DNA from: Octopus vulgaris
Lineage: Eukaryota
Assembly: GCA_951406725.2 (NCBI GenBank)
Contig: OX597818.1
Location: 59,396,001 to 59,460,000 of the forward strand
Direction: 5' to 3'
DNA: 64,000 bases
Under the pieces are notes generated by a model. That model saw only the letters and a program-made list of their open reading frames with translations. It had not been told where the DNA came from and did not search any database. Shown here in pieces: positions 13,066 through 26,645 of this stretch. Position 1 is the stretch's first letter, and every line of letters begins with the position of its first letter. The position numbers and the translations under genes were made by a program.

Positions 13066-13865
13066 TTCTTTTCTATTCTAGGCACAAGGCCTGAATGCTT
13101 TAGGGAGGGGGACAGTTGATTAGATCGACCCTGGTGCGCAAATATTACTTAATTTATCGAGCCCTAAAGAAAGAAAGGCAAATTCGAACTCGGCCGAATT
13201 CGAACACAGAACGTAAAGACAGACGAAATACGACTAAGCATTTCACCCGGCGTGCTAAAGTTTCTAATTTCTTTATTGCCCACAAGAGGCTAAACATAGA
13301 GGGGGAAACAAGGGCAGACAAAAGGATTAAGTCGATTACATTGACACAAGTACGTGACTGGTACATATTTAATCGACCTCTAAAGGATGAAAGCCAAAGT
13401 CGACCTCGGCGAAATTTGTACTCAGAACGTAATGGCAGACGAAATGCCTATTTCTTTACTACCAACAAGGGGATAAACACAGGGAGGACAAACAAGGACA
13501 AACAAACGGATTAAGTCGATTATATCGACCCCAGTGCATAACTGGTACTTATTTAATAGACTCCAAAAGGATGAAAGGCAAAGTCGACCTCGGTGGAATT
13601 TGAACTCATAACGTAACGGCAGACGAAATACCTATTTCTTTACTTCCCACAAGGGGCTAAACACAGCGGGGACAAACAAGGACAGACAAAGGGATTAAAT
13701 CGATTATATCAACCCCAGTGCGTAACTGGTAATTGATTTATCGACCCCGAAAGGATGGAAGGCAAAGTCGACCTCGGCGGAATTTGAACTCAGAACGTAA
13801 CGGCGGACGAAATACAGCTACGCATTTCACCCGGCGTGCTAACGATTCTGCCAGCTCACCGGCTT
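13066..13865 (-). mobile_element. SINE family C head-to-tail multimer (~182-bp units)
   Basis: Nin-like core recurs near 13170, 13390, 13575 and 13755; junction gacgaaatac/gcctatttctttac repeated; single head at 13850-13865; distinct terminal tail at 13066-13120. Confidence 0.88.
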
Positions 13866-14265
13866 TAAATTATAAAAAACATTGAACCTTCACACAACGA
13901 ATGCAGCCATTAGATATACACACGTATACATTCACGCACGAACACAGATATGATTCAGCTTTTTAGATTCAATTCCTTTTGTTCTTCTTTACATCGCTAT
14001 GTGACTTGCGTTCAAATCCGCCCAACGTCAACTATTTCATCCTCTCGGGGACCAAAAGTATTTTTCTACTACGAGAAACTGTCTCTATTACGCCCTGGTG
14101 AGGACTGGTCCCTGCCATATTTAAAATGCCGTACACACGTCATATGTGATGAGGAGTTGCTACTTTTAAAAGATTGGTTGGTTATTTGTAAAATCGTCCA
14201 CAACCAGTCTTCCCTTGCTATTCGAGGTACTTTACCTGATGGTACTTTTGAAACTGGTGTCTCCT

Positions 14266-14330
14266 TTTTCTTCTTCTTCTTCTTCTTCTTCTTCTTCTTC
14301 TTCTTCTTCTTCTTCTTCTTCTTCTTCTTC
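14266..14330. repeat. (TTC)n microsatellite
   Basis: Directly visible. Confidence 0.97.
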
Positions 14331-14624
14331 AAATCAGGACTCATGCCATTAGCCACAAAGAATAAATCTCTAATCCGAGCCTACTCTAAGCTACTAAGAA
14401 TGCGTGTGGCAACTTGAAGATCCACCCACCACACGCGATTGACTGGCGGTTGCACGGGCGCGAAAGCTACGTTGTTATCCTCATACCGTAAACGGTGGCT
14501 TTTAACGGGTGGAGAGCCGAACCATCCTGGGGTACAGAGGATTCTCAATCTAGACTAGAGGTTTAAAGTTTACCACACCATAATGGGTTACACCATGGTT
14601 CCTCTGCTTTGTGGTGAAGTTGGA

Positions 14625-14807
14625 AGAAAGAGTGAGAGAAAGTTGTGGTGAAAGAGTACAGCGGGGTTCACCATCACACCCGCCTGAGTCTCGTGGAGCT
14701 TAGGGGTTTTTGCTCAATAAACACTCACAATGCCCGGACTGGGAATCGAAATCGCGTTCTTACGACCGCGAGTCCGCTACCTTAACCACTGTGCCATTGC
14801 GCCTCCA
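14625..14807 (-). mobile_element. SINE family A, 5' half
   Basis: gagtgagagaaagttgtggtgaaagagtacagc...ccattgcgcctcc. Confidence 0.85.
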
Positions 14808-15595
14808 CGGAAGCTGCTACTTGTTCCTCTTACTGTTGCACCGGATGTTCTCCGCTGACTTGCGTCCCTGTGTTCTGGCCTAGTGTTTTTCTGTTACTTT
14901 AGCACATATACTTATATGCATAAAATATACGAGCTTCCTTACATTATGCATCATAGCTTAATACCGAGCGGATTGAATTCTCGTTGACAGGCCTCTGATA
15001 ATACACAAAGTAAAATAGAGTATTGAATACTTATAGCATGCAAATTGGTGGCTCCAGCCATCTGCAGCAATTTCATTTGATATGCATGTATACGGTTTGG
15101 TTTCTTGTATCTCTAAGATTGGTCAAATGATGGAGACAACTTGGCTGAGACCCCCATTAATGGTCGACAATGAATTAAGGCTGTAAAACATTTTTTTCAA
15201 TTTACAGAGAAAAAGATAAATTCGCCATTTAATTATGTCTACGGCGTACATTTACATATATTAACATTTTATATTGTGTTTATGTAGTCCAACAAATTTT
15301 CTACACAAACTTATATACACACACGTACATACACACATATCTGAAAACATCCATAAACACATACGAACATACCCAAACGAAAGCATTGTCAATCTGCACA
15401 TACGCATATATACGGAAATATACAGATAGCCAGACAGATATACCTATAAACATACGAAATCATTAAAACTCTCAGCTTTATTTTCCTTGGTATAATGGAA
15501 AGGCTCGGCTGCTCTCAGTAGAGTAAGTTCAACCTCATTTATTGATCGTGTTTGAAGAACTCTGTGAATGATTATTATTATTATTATTATTATTG

Positions 15596-16291
15596 TCATT
15601 TACTTTTAATCTGCATGTTTGATGCAATCACCTGCCGGGGCACACCCAGCGCCCTAGGGCAAGTGAAGGTTAAGAGTTGTTGAAATATAGCTGAAAGCTT
15701 GGGGAGGGGAAGTAGAGATATATCTCCATGTAATGCAAACACAGACATTTACATTGATAGGGTTTTTCTAAGGATGTGGGCAGTACTTGTTAGCACAATC
15801 TTTTGGATTTCCTTGAGACATGGTTTTCCAGGGATATTGTCTAGGTGTTTCTGACATCCCTTTTTTATCATACCTAGGGCACCTACAATTACAGGAACAG
15901 TTTTTGTTTTAAGATTCCACATCCTCTGTATTTCGATTTCCAGGTCCTTATATTTACTAAGTTTGTCAAATTCCTTGACAGATACATTTTTATCAGTGGG
16001 GACGCTTACTTCTATTAGTCTGCAGGTATTTTCTTCCCTGTCTTTAACAATTATGTCTGGTCGATTAGCCTTGATCGTTCTGTCAGTGTTGACTGGAAAA
16101 TCCCAGAGGATGGTGACATCTTTACCTTCAACAACTGGCTGAGGATGGTGTTCATACCAGTTTGCAGGAGTGTCGGATTTGTAGTGTTTACATATCTTCC
16201 AATGTATATACTGTCCTACCCTATCGTGGCGATTTTTGTATTCGTTTGGTGTCAGCACAGGACATCCCGAAACGAGATGGTCTATCGTTTC

Positions 16292-16294
<3 letters not shown>
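15596..16294 (-). mobile_element. 5'-truncated R4/Dong-type non-LTR retrotransposon (C-terminal restriction-like endonuclease domain plus 3' UTR)
   Basis: Open frame 16294-15749: ETIDHLVSGC...RHD...ILWDFPVNTD...NRPDIIV...KLSKYKDL...PVIVGALG...TAHILRK; (ATT)n on both sides. Confidence 0.9.
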
Positions 16295-16354
<60 letters not shown>

Positions 16355-16819
16355 GTAGCAAGTTTGTTGAAATGTGGTTGAATCGTGGAAGAATGGCCAG
16401 TGTGAAAGGATCAATTCTGAGCGTGTTCCCATAAAAAAAACAGAAATGCTCTTGCCTAGTTGTTCAGGCACCTGTGGCTTTTGTGCGTTTTTCCACGAAG
16501 ACCTTAAAGCGCCTCCCCTATTGGAAGTTTATTTATATTGTGTACACATCCTGTTTTTGTCTTTTATGTCTTTTTTTTTGGTCTTTTATGTTGTATGTCG
16601 TTCAATATTTCGTATGTCAGCCCTTGTGGCTAATAAAAGAATTTATTATTATTTTTGTTCTTTCTTCAAATTTTCTTCCGTTTCTCGCCGACTGTTTTCC
16701 GTACACCTAGGGCAGAGAAGCTCATTGTATGCATTCCCAGATTACACACGCAAATTCACAGGAAAAATGTGTATATAAAAGAATTAATAAATAAATAAAT
16801 CCACGAATGGATGTTATTT

Positions 16820-17661
16820 TCACAGCGATAGTGCTCTTCTCAGTACATGAGCAGTTCCAGTTAATGCGATTTTTTGCCCTTCCTGTAGTGATGGTAAGCC
16901 TGGTATCATTTTCAGATAGGTTTCAGTACTTTTTTTTATTTACCATTCCTTGAGATCCTGCAATCACTGGTACCGTAGTCGCCTTGAGATGCCACATTTT
17001 TTTCAATTTCTATTGGCAAGTCTTTATATTTACTGATCTTGTCAAATTCTTTCGCCGCTCTATTGTGATCATAAGGAATACTCATGTCAATTAATAAACA
17101 CATCTTTTTTGTCTGATCTTTTATAATAATATCTGGTTTATTAGCTTTTATAGTTTTGTCGGTATGTACGGAGAAGTCCCATAGAATCGACACATTTTCT
17201 CACTCAGTCACAGCTTAAAGATGGTGTTTATACCATTTGTCAGCGGTTTTGATTTTATAATACCGACATATTGTCCAGTGTAAATAATGGCCGACTCTGT
17301 CATGTCTTGCTTTATATTCTGCAGGTGCTAAGACTCTACACCCTGAGATTAGGTGGTCTATAGTTTCACTCTCATCGTTACAGAATCGGCATTTTGGGTC
17401 AGCTCCATTTTTTATCACATTGGCTTGGTACTTCCGGGTTAATAAGCTTTGGTCTTGAGCAGCTAATATGAAACTTTCACTCTCTGATTTTAGCCCTGAG
17501 CTCCGTAACCATTATGGCGTGTGTTTCTGGTCGACATCAACTGATTTGCTACGAGCCACATACTTGCCATGCAGAGGTTTCTGTTCCCATCTGCTAGCCA
17601 CTTTTTCATGCGCTAATGTCTCTGCAATTATTTTTATTTTCCTTGCAGTAGCAGTTGGCGC

Positions 17662-17662
<1 letters not shown>
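16820..17662 (-). mobile_element. Second, diverged R4/Dong-type retrotransposon fragment (frameshifted)
   Basis: CRFCNDESETIDHLISGC (CCHC), RHDRVGHYLHW, ILWDFSVHTD...NKPDIII...SKYKDL, TAHVLRRALSL*; 5' end abuts (ATT)n at 17662-17717. Confidence 0.88.
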
Positions 17663-17715
<53 letters not shown>

Positions 17716-17716
<1 letters not shown>

Positions 17717-17875
17717 GAGTGAGAGAGCAGTTCATGCGATCAAAGTGACACTGGGGTAAAATATACGAAGCCCAATATACCCATCATGACTACCCGTCTG
17801 ATAAGGGTACACCAGGTACATGCATCACAACCATATGTGCACGACATGGTGATCTCATATCGAGATAAACAGCAC
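17716..17875. mobile_element. ATT-flanked repeat module, probably a Dong-type terminal UTR; inverse copy at 57730-57875
   Basis: aaagtgacactggggtaaa...catgcatcacaaccatatg...gatctcatatc shared with the reverse complement of 57730-57875; both abut ATT/AAT runs. Confidence 0.6.
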
Positions 17876-18228
17876 TATTATTATTAATACTATTATTGTT
17901 ATTATTATTACTATTCTGTTGCCTCACATGTCCTCAAACACTTTCCGATGCCTGTGTATGTTTACAGTCAAATTTTAAATAACCGCCTTCTTTCTTTCGA
18001 TAATAAATGTTTTCGCCATTTTCCATTTCACATTTTTTTTTCATTCGTTCTCTAACATACACTGCAGGAACATCTTGCAGCAGAACTTTTTTTAATATTC
18101 CAAAACCATTAAATGAAATCATGGAACATCTACTGCAAGCTTGCACACATACACACACACATGATGCATATATTCATACACATACATAGACACCCGTACA
18201 CACGCACACACATTCATGTGTGTGTATT

Positions 18229-18230
<2 letters not shown>

Positions 18231-18263
<33 letters not shown>

Positions 18264-18293
18264 GTATGTATGTATATATACATATATATGTAT

Positions 18294-18373
<80 letters not shown>

Positions 18374-18450
18374 ATATATATATACATATATATATGTATG
18401 TATATATATATATGTATGTATATATATATATATACATATATATATGTATG

Positions 18451-18486
<36 letters not shown>

Positions 18487-18534
18487 TGTATGTATATATA
18501 TATATATATGTATGTATATATATATATATGTATG

Positions 18535-18595
<61 letters not shown>

Positions 18596-18642
18596 ATATA
18601 TATATATATGTATGTGTGTATATATATATATATATGTATGTA

Positions 18643-18673
<31 letters not shown>

Positions 18674-18700
18674 ATATGTATATATGTATATATATATATG

Positions 18701-18775
<75 letters not shown>

Positions 18776-18788
18776 ATATATATGTATG

Positions 18789-18819
<31 letters not shown>

Positions 18820-18824
18820 GTATG

Positions 18825-18855
<31 letters not shown>

Positions 18856-18860
18856 GTATG

Positions 18861-18922
<62 letters not shown>
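18231..18922. repeat. ~690-bp (TA)n/(TATG)n microsatellite
   Basis: Directly visible; source of six spurious 87-275 aa ORFs. Confidence 0.97.
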
Positions 18923-18927
<5 letters not shown>

Positions 18928-19438
18928 ATGTATTTTCTGATGACAGTAACAATATGAAAGGTTAAATAGGAAATGCATAACGTCAGTGTCTCTGATGTTT
19001 CGCAGAAGTTATGAAGAAAGAGAAAAGTTGAAACCCCCTTCTCTTTCTAGCTTCTAAGTGCACATGAATCTAGTGTCCTTCTCGACAGGAAGATGACGTG
19101 GAACGAATAGGTAGGTTTGGTGCAAAGAAGAAACTTACAACTCCGAACAAAATATATCTAATATTATAGAAACACATACACACCTACGCACACACACACA
19201 CACACACAGACTAATGCATATATACATACACGTGTATACCTCCGCACCCGCAAATAAACTTTCTTACATGTAAAGTTTGAACGCAGTTTTTGGAAGATTT
19301 AGTCTAGAATTATGCAAACTATGTTCCATCCATGGGTTCCAAATACATTTTCATTCATCTTAGAAGCAATGCGTTCAAATAAGCTACAAATACGGGTATA
19401 TCTCAAAAGAGAAGGGAGTTAGATCTTGGAAAATTCTA

Positions 19439-19603
19439 GGCGCAGGAGTGGCTGTGTGGTAATTAACTTGCTAATCAACCACATGGTTCCGTGTTCACTC
19501 CCACTGCGTGGCATCTTGGGCAAGTGTATTCTGCTGTAGCACCGGGCCGACCAGTGCCTTGTGAGTGGATTTGGTAGACGGAAACTGAAAGAAGCCCGTC
19601 GTA

Positions 19604-19655
<52 letters not shown>

Positions 19656-19863
19656 GGGGTTTGTGTGTCTCGTTTGTCCCCCTAGCATTGCTTGACAACC
19701 GATGCTGGTGTGTTTATGTCCCCGTTACTTAGCGGTTCGGCAAAAGAGACCGATAGAATAAGTACTGAGCTTACAAAAAGAATAAGTCCCGGGGTCGAGT
19801 TGCTCGATTAAAGGCGGTGCTCCAGCATGGCCGCAGTCCAAATGACTGAAACAAGTAAAAGAG
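19439..19863 (+). mobile_element. SINE family B (CORE-like), full length
   Basis: Head ggcgcaggagtggctgtgtggtaa...; CORE-like cttgggcaagtgt; internal (TA)n; tail gactgaaacaagtaaaagag. Confidence 0.9.
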
Positions 19864-19869
19864 TATGTT

Positions 19870-21775
19870 GTTTTGGACCCAATAGGCATTCTGATAGTCT
19901 CGTGCAAGTCTCCCTCTGTACATGTTTATAAATATATATCAGCCCCGCCGATGCCCATATATCTCCCCAAGAAGTTTGTCGCACCTCCCCACCACTAATC
20001 CTCTATAAGACATCTTAGTGGAAATGAAGTCAAACAAGTTTGATGCTGGACGGCAGAGCTGTTGGAGAGCATGGCGACACTCGCGGCACCATTCGCCCAG
20101 CATTGGTCTCTACTTTAACTATGATTGCATTTGGTCAATAGGGCGAGCTGCGGGAAGGCGCATCTCCCAAACGGCGACCGCACCTGTCCACTGTCGTCTA
20201 TGAAACGTTGGAGATGTCGCAGTCTCAGCACATGATAGTGCATCATCAACCATAACATACCCAGCCCTCCAATTAGCGGTTGTTAGTGCCAAATGGATAT
20301 GCCTAACCATTGGAACGCTTCCCTTCTACAAAAAGCGGAAGAGTATGCGTTCCAGTTTCGTGATGGTAGGGTCGGGACAGAACATGATTGTCAGACGGCA
20401 GTTGATGACGAATGTGATGTACGCATTCGCCACCTCAGCCCGACCTATTAGAAATAGTTTCCTCTCGGCCAATTTCTGGGTGAGAGTAGCCAACCTACTC
20501 GTTATCTCGCCCCACTTATTCCCCATTTGGAGGTCTGGACCTAACTAGACTCCGAGTAATTTAACCGGTTTGTTGGCCCAGTTTCCCGCGATGGAGATGC
20601 TGTTGATCGGCATGGGTTGCTTCCGTCCTTTCCCGGTTAATTTTCGCTCCTTTTACCGCTCCTGTTATTTTAATATCCCGGTGACCAGGGCAATAAGCCT
20701 GTGGCTTGACACTATGAAGATGACATCGTCCGCGTATGCAGACACATTCCTTTAATATCCCAGTTCTCGCGAGATGCCCCTTAGCGTCGCGAGATTCTCC
20801 AGTAATGTTGCTAGAGACAATAGATACAGAAGTGACAAGTGGGGGTATCCTTGAGGGACCGAATGCGTGGGGCTAAATGGTCTAGATAGATAACCATTTA
20901 CGCGAACTACCGAGCTGATGCCGCTCTACAAAGCAGCGATCCGACCGCGGAAGATTTGACTGAAATCAGCTCTCCTAAGGACAGCTTCCAAGTAGTGATG
21001 ATCGACCCTAACGAAAGCTTTTGGTTGATCAGCGCCTCACCTAAGTCAAGTTCCTTAACTATCCTGTCTATGATGTAGCGCATGCAAAGGAGCTTGTCAT
21101 AGATTCTTCTGCCTGGTCACAATGCACATTAGCGCCTTATCGACTAGTTTCTCGATGACATGCGCCAAGCGCTCAGCCAGCAAACTTGCCCAAAATTTTC
21201 AAATTATCTACAACGTTTCCCTTGTCTTGTTTCTTGTGTCCTTCTTTTACAGGGTCATCGCTCCTCGGCTCACAAACTCCCGTTTTTGCTTCCAGTTGCA
21301 GTAGAACGTTGCCAAGACGTCTCCAAACAAGTCTGGCATATGAAAATAAAGCTCGTAGGGCAGACTATCCAAGCCCAACGACTTGTATTTCGCGCAGCCT
21401 GCCATCGCATTCCGTACATCAGCGGCTGTAATGAGACATTCGAAACACTCCGCCTCTCTTGCCGAATGCCGTGGCAAGCCATGCAGGTAGGCATTAAAAT
21501 CCACTCTGCGTTTTGACCCATCATTCGTCCCGAACATTCGGGCAAGGTGTTACCGCAAGGCCTCACACATCATTTCGGGCTCGAGTTATTTGTGACCCTG
21601 TTCAAAAACCGAATGGTGGCTTTGTTGATAAGTTGCGCCTCCGCCACCCGTGCATTTCAGACAGCTGCAATTTATTCGTTTGTCAGGGCACAGATTCTAG
21701 CTATTACAACGCAACCTTCGTTCAAGGAATAACCAGGATGCTTTACCCCCTTCAAAATAACATAGCATTTGGCCA
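19870..21775 (-). mobile_element. Decayed Tx1/L1-clade LINE ORF2 (reverse transcriptase region)
   Basis: Reverse-strand motifs GLDSLPYELY (~21365), KAFVRVDHHYL (~21010), VPQG (~20855), AYADDV (20722-20740), LIGRAEVANAYI, LERILFRFL; many stops and frameshifts. Confidence 0.88.
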
Positions 21776-21940
21776 AATGTGAACGTTAGAATAAGTACCA
21801 TACTTTAAAAAACAAGTAGTGTGGTTGATATTCTTGACTAAATCTTTCAAGATGCTGCCCCAACATGGCCGCTATTCAATAACTGAATATAGATTAGAAA
21901 TTTAATATTGTAAATCAAACGAAATTGCTAAATTATTGTA
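21416..21940. repeat. Arm 1 of a 525-bp near-identical inverted duplication (partner 26850-27374)
   Basis: acatcagcggctgtaatgag...gctaaattattgta; mirrored ORFs in the track differ at about one residue. Confidence 0.95.
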
Positions 21941-23189
21941 TATATATATATTTTCGATTTGATTTATTATTATTATTACTAGTATTGTTGTTATACATAC
22001 ATACAAACAAGCATATGTAATGATAATAATAAGTGGATGTAAACACATGAACAAAATACTGTATACCCTTTTGTGATACATGACGTTTAAATGTAACATT
22101 GATTGATTGAAGTGAAAGTAAATATATTCCAATGTATAGCACCCAAAATTTTCGTTTGTATTTCAACACCTGAAGCCGTTTCAATAACCCAGTCGATGCT
22201 TTGCAAATTACATAATATTAATCACGTAATTATTTATTGTGGTAACTAAATAAATTTAATTTAGCTGAATGTGTTATGAACATCATTTCATTACGAAGGT
22301 TTTTGAAATAAGAAAATCTAATTACCGTTGCGGATACAGATATGATATAAAATTACTATTGAGATGAACATGAGGTGTAAAGTGAAAGTTAATCGAATCT
22401 AAAAATAATAAGATGTCTTGATATCATCCCAACCATTTATAGCAATCGGACAAGGCAGAAAAGTAATATCATTAAACCGATACAATTGAGAAAGAGATAG
22501 TTATTTCTCACGGAAACGAGTGTACATAAATAATCCAATAAACGCTATTCACTTGGTTTTAAATTGAAATAGCCATGAATGTACCAAACTTAATGTATAA
22601 ATACATAGAGCAGTGATGGGATTTTAACGGGGTGTTTTCTGAGAAGGCATCTATGAACGTAAAAATACGACTTTGGTAACGATATGAAAACTTCCACCAG
22701 CAAGAACACCAAGTGTATTTTGACCGCTTTTGGCCTCTTCAATGACGTCTCCTTGCCTCGTATTTTAGTAAACGATGAATAAAACGTTCACTGGTGTGGC
22801 AGGTAGCTACAAAATCTAAACGTGCCATGGTTATATACTTATCATCATATGCATAGGCTCGAATATAATATGCTGGTACATCGCAAATATAAATACAATC
22901 ATCAAAGTATACTCAAACAAAACCAAAATACATCAATGAATAAAGTATATGCCCGAACATTTTTATTTTGTTCGGTGACATTTAATATATCAGTGAGGTA
23001 ACACACTGCAACCTTTACATTGTTAATGATTTCACAAATATATGGTACAATGATTTCAATATAACAAAATGTGTAACTATTCGATATTACAAAAACACTG
23101 GCGTTGCAAAAGAACAAATGAACAAAGTCCTGATTTCAAAGGAAATAGAAGTGGCGATATTTATAATTTTGCGCATTTCAATTTAACCA

Positions 23190-23729
23190 ATCATCATCAT
23201 CATCATTGTTCGACCGTGGTCAAGACAATGGAATTTACCATGCTACGCCAGACTTCACGGTCCATCATAGCATTACGGAGGTCCTGTTGCTGGATGCCTG
23301 TATCCCTGGAGATTACATCAGGGTAGGAGAGTGTGCGCCCTCTGGTATGGCGAGTAGATGGCTTCCAGGGAAGAAGAGGAGAAATTGCCTCGTTTTCAGC
23401 TCTACAACAATGTCTAGCAAACTGGACTCTCCTACTCTTTACAAGAGATAACACAGATGGTAGTTTCCCATATATTTGCAATTTTGGTTGGATGATGCTT
23501 CCACGAGAGACTTTGAGCTCTCGTAAGGAGGCGAGTGTAGGTTCCATCTAACCGCCTCTCAATCTTATTTGATAAAGTCCAGGTTTCTGAGCCATATAGT
23601 AGAATTGGTTCGATTGTGCCTTTGAAGATTTCAAGTCTGAAGTTTCTACTTAGATTTGATGACAGATCTTATGCATATCATTACAGGTTGACCAGGCCAT
23701 ACCCTTTCTAGTAAGAAAATCTTTTCCAG
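23190..23729 (-). mobile_element. 5'-truncated RTE-type LINE 3' end
   Basis: QIYGKLPSVLSLVKSRRVQFARHCCR...MMDREVWRSMV then stop and short (TGA)n tail; upstream KGMAWS and EPILLYGSETW motifs. Confidence 0.85.
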
Positions 23730-23749
23730 ATTTAACCAATAAAGTGATG

Positions 23750-23786
<37 letters not shown>

Positions 23787-23887
23787 CATGTATATATATA
23801 ATTATAATATTAGGGAGTAAATCCAAACTTTCAGGGAAAAATTAGATTTAGGATTAAGTCAAATTCTAAAGTTAGATTAATCTCTAA

Positions 23888-23965
<78 letters not shown>

Positions 23966-24217
23966 TATATATGTGAAAAGGTTGAGTTCTAATTCATCCT
24001 TTACTTTGGAGGGTTGGAAACGGGTGATTTCTAACAAATGTTCATCATATTTCGCTGGTAGCTTACTGGCGTAAGATCTTTGCAAATATGAAATTATTAT
24101 TACATATAAGTGGGGTGTGATTAGAATTTATAGAAAGGTATCCCACAGAAACTCAGCAAAATGTTAAAGATAGTGAAGAAAGAAGTTAAAAGTGTTAATA
24201 TATAGTTAATAATCAGC

Positions 24218-24273
<56 letters not shown>

Positions 24274-24477
24274 TAAAGGAAAAAATAATAATAGCATAAT
24301 GATAATAATATAAATTAATTAGATGCACAACACAAAATGAAAAATAAAAAAAACATATCTATAAGTACATACATTTTGCAGAGGTGTAGATCACCAAGAA
24401 TTATTATATATGCGTAAGCATATAGCAGTTGTAAGATATCTTACAACTGTATTTATATATGTATGTATGTATATATG

Positions 24478-24518
<41 letters not shown>

Positions 24519-24817
24519 TCCTTTTCTGTAGTTTTTTTCTTTCGTATATGTATTTAAATACATCCCTCTCTTACGTATTCCAATTATTATTATTTATTCT
24601 TAATTGCCAATTATTAATCTGTTTGACAATTAATTAATTCCTACAAATGATATATGCAAACACTTATAATACTTCTTGGTGTCCAATTTGTCTATATATA
24701 TTTTTTCCTTCATTTATTCCATTATTTTTTTCTTTCTTCTTAGTAATTTATTCCATTTGTAAAATATGTACTTTAAAACTAATTCCAATGTTATTATTGT
24801 TTAAGATTAATTGCTAA

Positions 24818-25100
24818 CCTACCTGAAGATTGACTATAACCATAATTCGAATTATTAATTGAATTTAAATTATTGTAGTTCAAATTAGGTTATGGGCATG
24901 AAACGTGCGTAGTGGTTTTACTTTTTATCTTATATTAAACTTTATAATGCTTTTTGATAGTTATATATATTTAATAAATAAAAAGATATAAAAAATAACT
25001 ATTAAAAAAATTTATAAATATAAATTAATAATTTTAATTTTAAATTTTATATTTTATATATTTTGTATATTATATTGATTATTTTTATTTTTATGTTTTG
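24818..25100 (+). mobile_element. Penelope-type terminal repeat with hammerhead-like motif (24818-24916)
   Basis: CTGAAGA; long stem II tgactataacc/ggttatgggca; GAAA-cgtgcg-TA; tail cctaatagtggttttatctctaatttaat shared with 40220-40250. Confidence 0.62.
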
Positions 25101-26237
25101 GTTTATTTTTTTCACTGTTTGATTTACCTAATAGTGGTTTTATCTCTAATTTAATTTATATATATATATATATATGGTGTTACTTTTGCCTGTGACTTAC
25201 CGCATTATCTGATCTGACTTATGATTAGTGTTAGGGTTTAGGGTTAGGATTATGGTTAGAGATAATTTTAGTGCTTGTTTGCGCACTAAGTTTGAAATGG
25301 CTAGATAGGCCACATCTTAAACTGTGAATGGTCAGGTAGACCGCGCTCTAAGGTGTCACCATATATTCAATATCTGTTCAAAGCGAATTGATGCCTTAGT
25401 AATAAAACTGGATGTGCAAGCTTCACCGATAATACTATCCATTGCATTTAAGGAAGTAATATACTGTGTCAAGGGCTAATGTGTTATATCGATACATGGA
25501 TGATATCTATGAAGCATATGGAAGCTAAAAATGACATGAAAATAAAAGTGAAGCTGTATAGATAATTCTGGAACACTATAAATTTCTATGAATACAACCA
25601 CGTTCTTTATGGGGAAATAATCATGTGTTACTCAAATAACAATAATCATGTATTCCCAATGGTCTATGCCCCTTAAATCATATATTCCTCACCATCTTGT
25701 AAAATGATATATGCGTTGTGTTTTGGTGGCGTCCCAAGTTTTATGACTTCATTGTTCATGAAAATAATTTGTAACAATTATTCCTGTACCGCTTTATGAT
25801 ATTAATTCACTTATAGATATTATACCGGCTATGATATAACAACTACAATTATATATATACACTTATACACGCACTTATATGCACGCGCGAATATAGAAAA
25901 ATACAGCGCGTATCAACCATACAATAAAAAAGTTGTTTTATAGCTGTGTGAAAGTGTATTGCAATGAGTCAATATTTCAGCCTTCTGCACATTGAATATA
26001 AATATATTACAAATAACTATGGAAAGAACCAGTGAGTTTGTATTTACTTGTTAATGCATTTCAAATGACACACAAACCACTGGAGTAATACACAACAAAA
26101 TATAATAATAATTGTACACGTACATACATGCACACACATAAAGAAAATTAACATATATTTATGTATTATGCATACATGTATTTTTCACTGTTGTGATCAG
26201 TATTTTAATACACATTAGACAATATGTAGCATTTCTA

Positions 26238-26645
26238 AGGCGGCGTGTTGGCAGAAACGTTAGCACTCCGGGCGAAATGCTTAGCGGTATTTCGTCTGCC
26301 GCTACGTTCTGAGTTCAAATTCCGCCGAGGTCGACTTTGCCTTTCATCCTTTCGAAGACGATAAATTAAGTACCAGTTATGCACTGGGGTAGATGTAATC
26401 GACTTAATTCGTTTGTCTGTCCTTGTTTGTCCCCTCTGTGTTTAACACCTTCGGGGCAATAAATAAATAAGAAACGTTAGCTGAAATGCTTAGCGGTATC
26501 TCTACATTCTGAGTTCAAATTCCGCCGAGTTCGACTTTACTTTTCATCCTTTCTAGGTCAATAATTTACGTACCAGTTGCGTGCTGGGGTTGATCTATTC
26601 GACTACACCCTCCCTCAAAATGTTGGGCCTTGTACCTAGAGTACA
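26238..26645 (+). mobile_element. SINE family C dimer
   Basis: Head aggcggcgtgttggcagaaacgttagc, Nin-like core twice, junction aaataagaaacgttagc at ~26470, terminal ggccttgtacctagag. Confidence 0.87.

Noticed and set aside
13270-13815. Regularly spaced repeats resembling a CRISPR array
   Set aside because: Whole ~182-bp units repeat with no unique spacers; eukaryotic SINE multimer, no cas genes.
15749-16471. 240-aa ORF as an intact gene
   Set aside because: The N-terminus is read-through of flank and (AAT)n into a 5'-truncated retrotransposon.
18113-18978. Long ORFs up to 275 aa (also 4439-4978, 41646-42698, 51690-52431)
   Set aside because: Translations of TA/TATG/ATCT/CAT/CAC microsatellites that lack stop codons; no protein complexity.
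19051-19110. Candidate exon between ctttctag and gtaggt
   Set aside because: Stop codons in all three frames; no other support.
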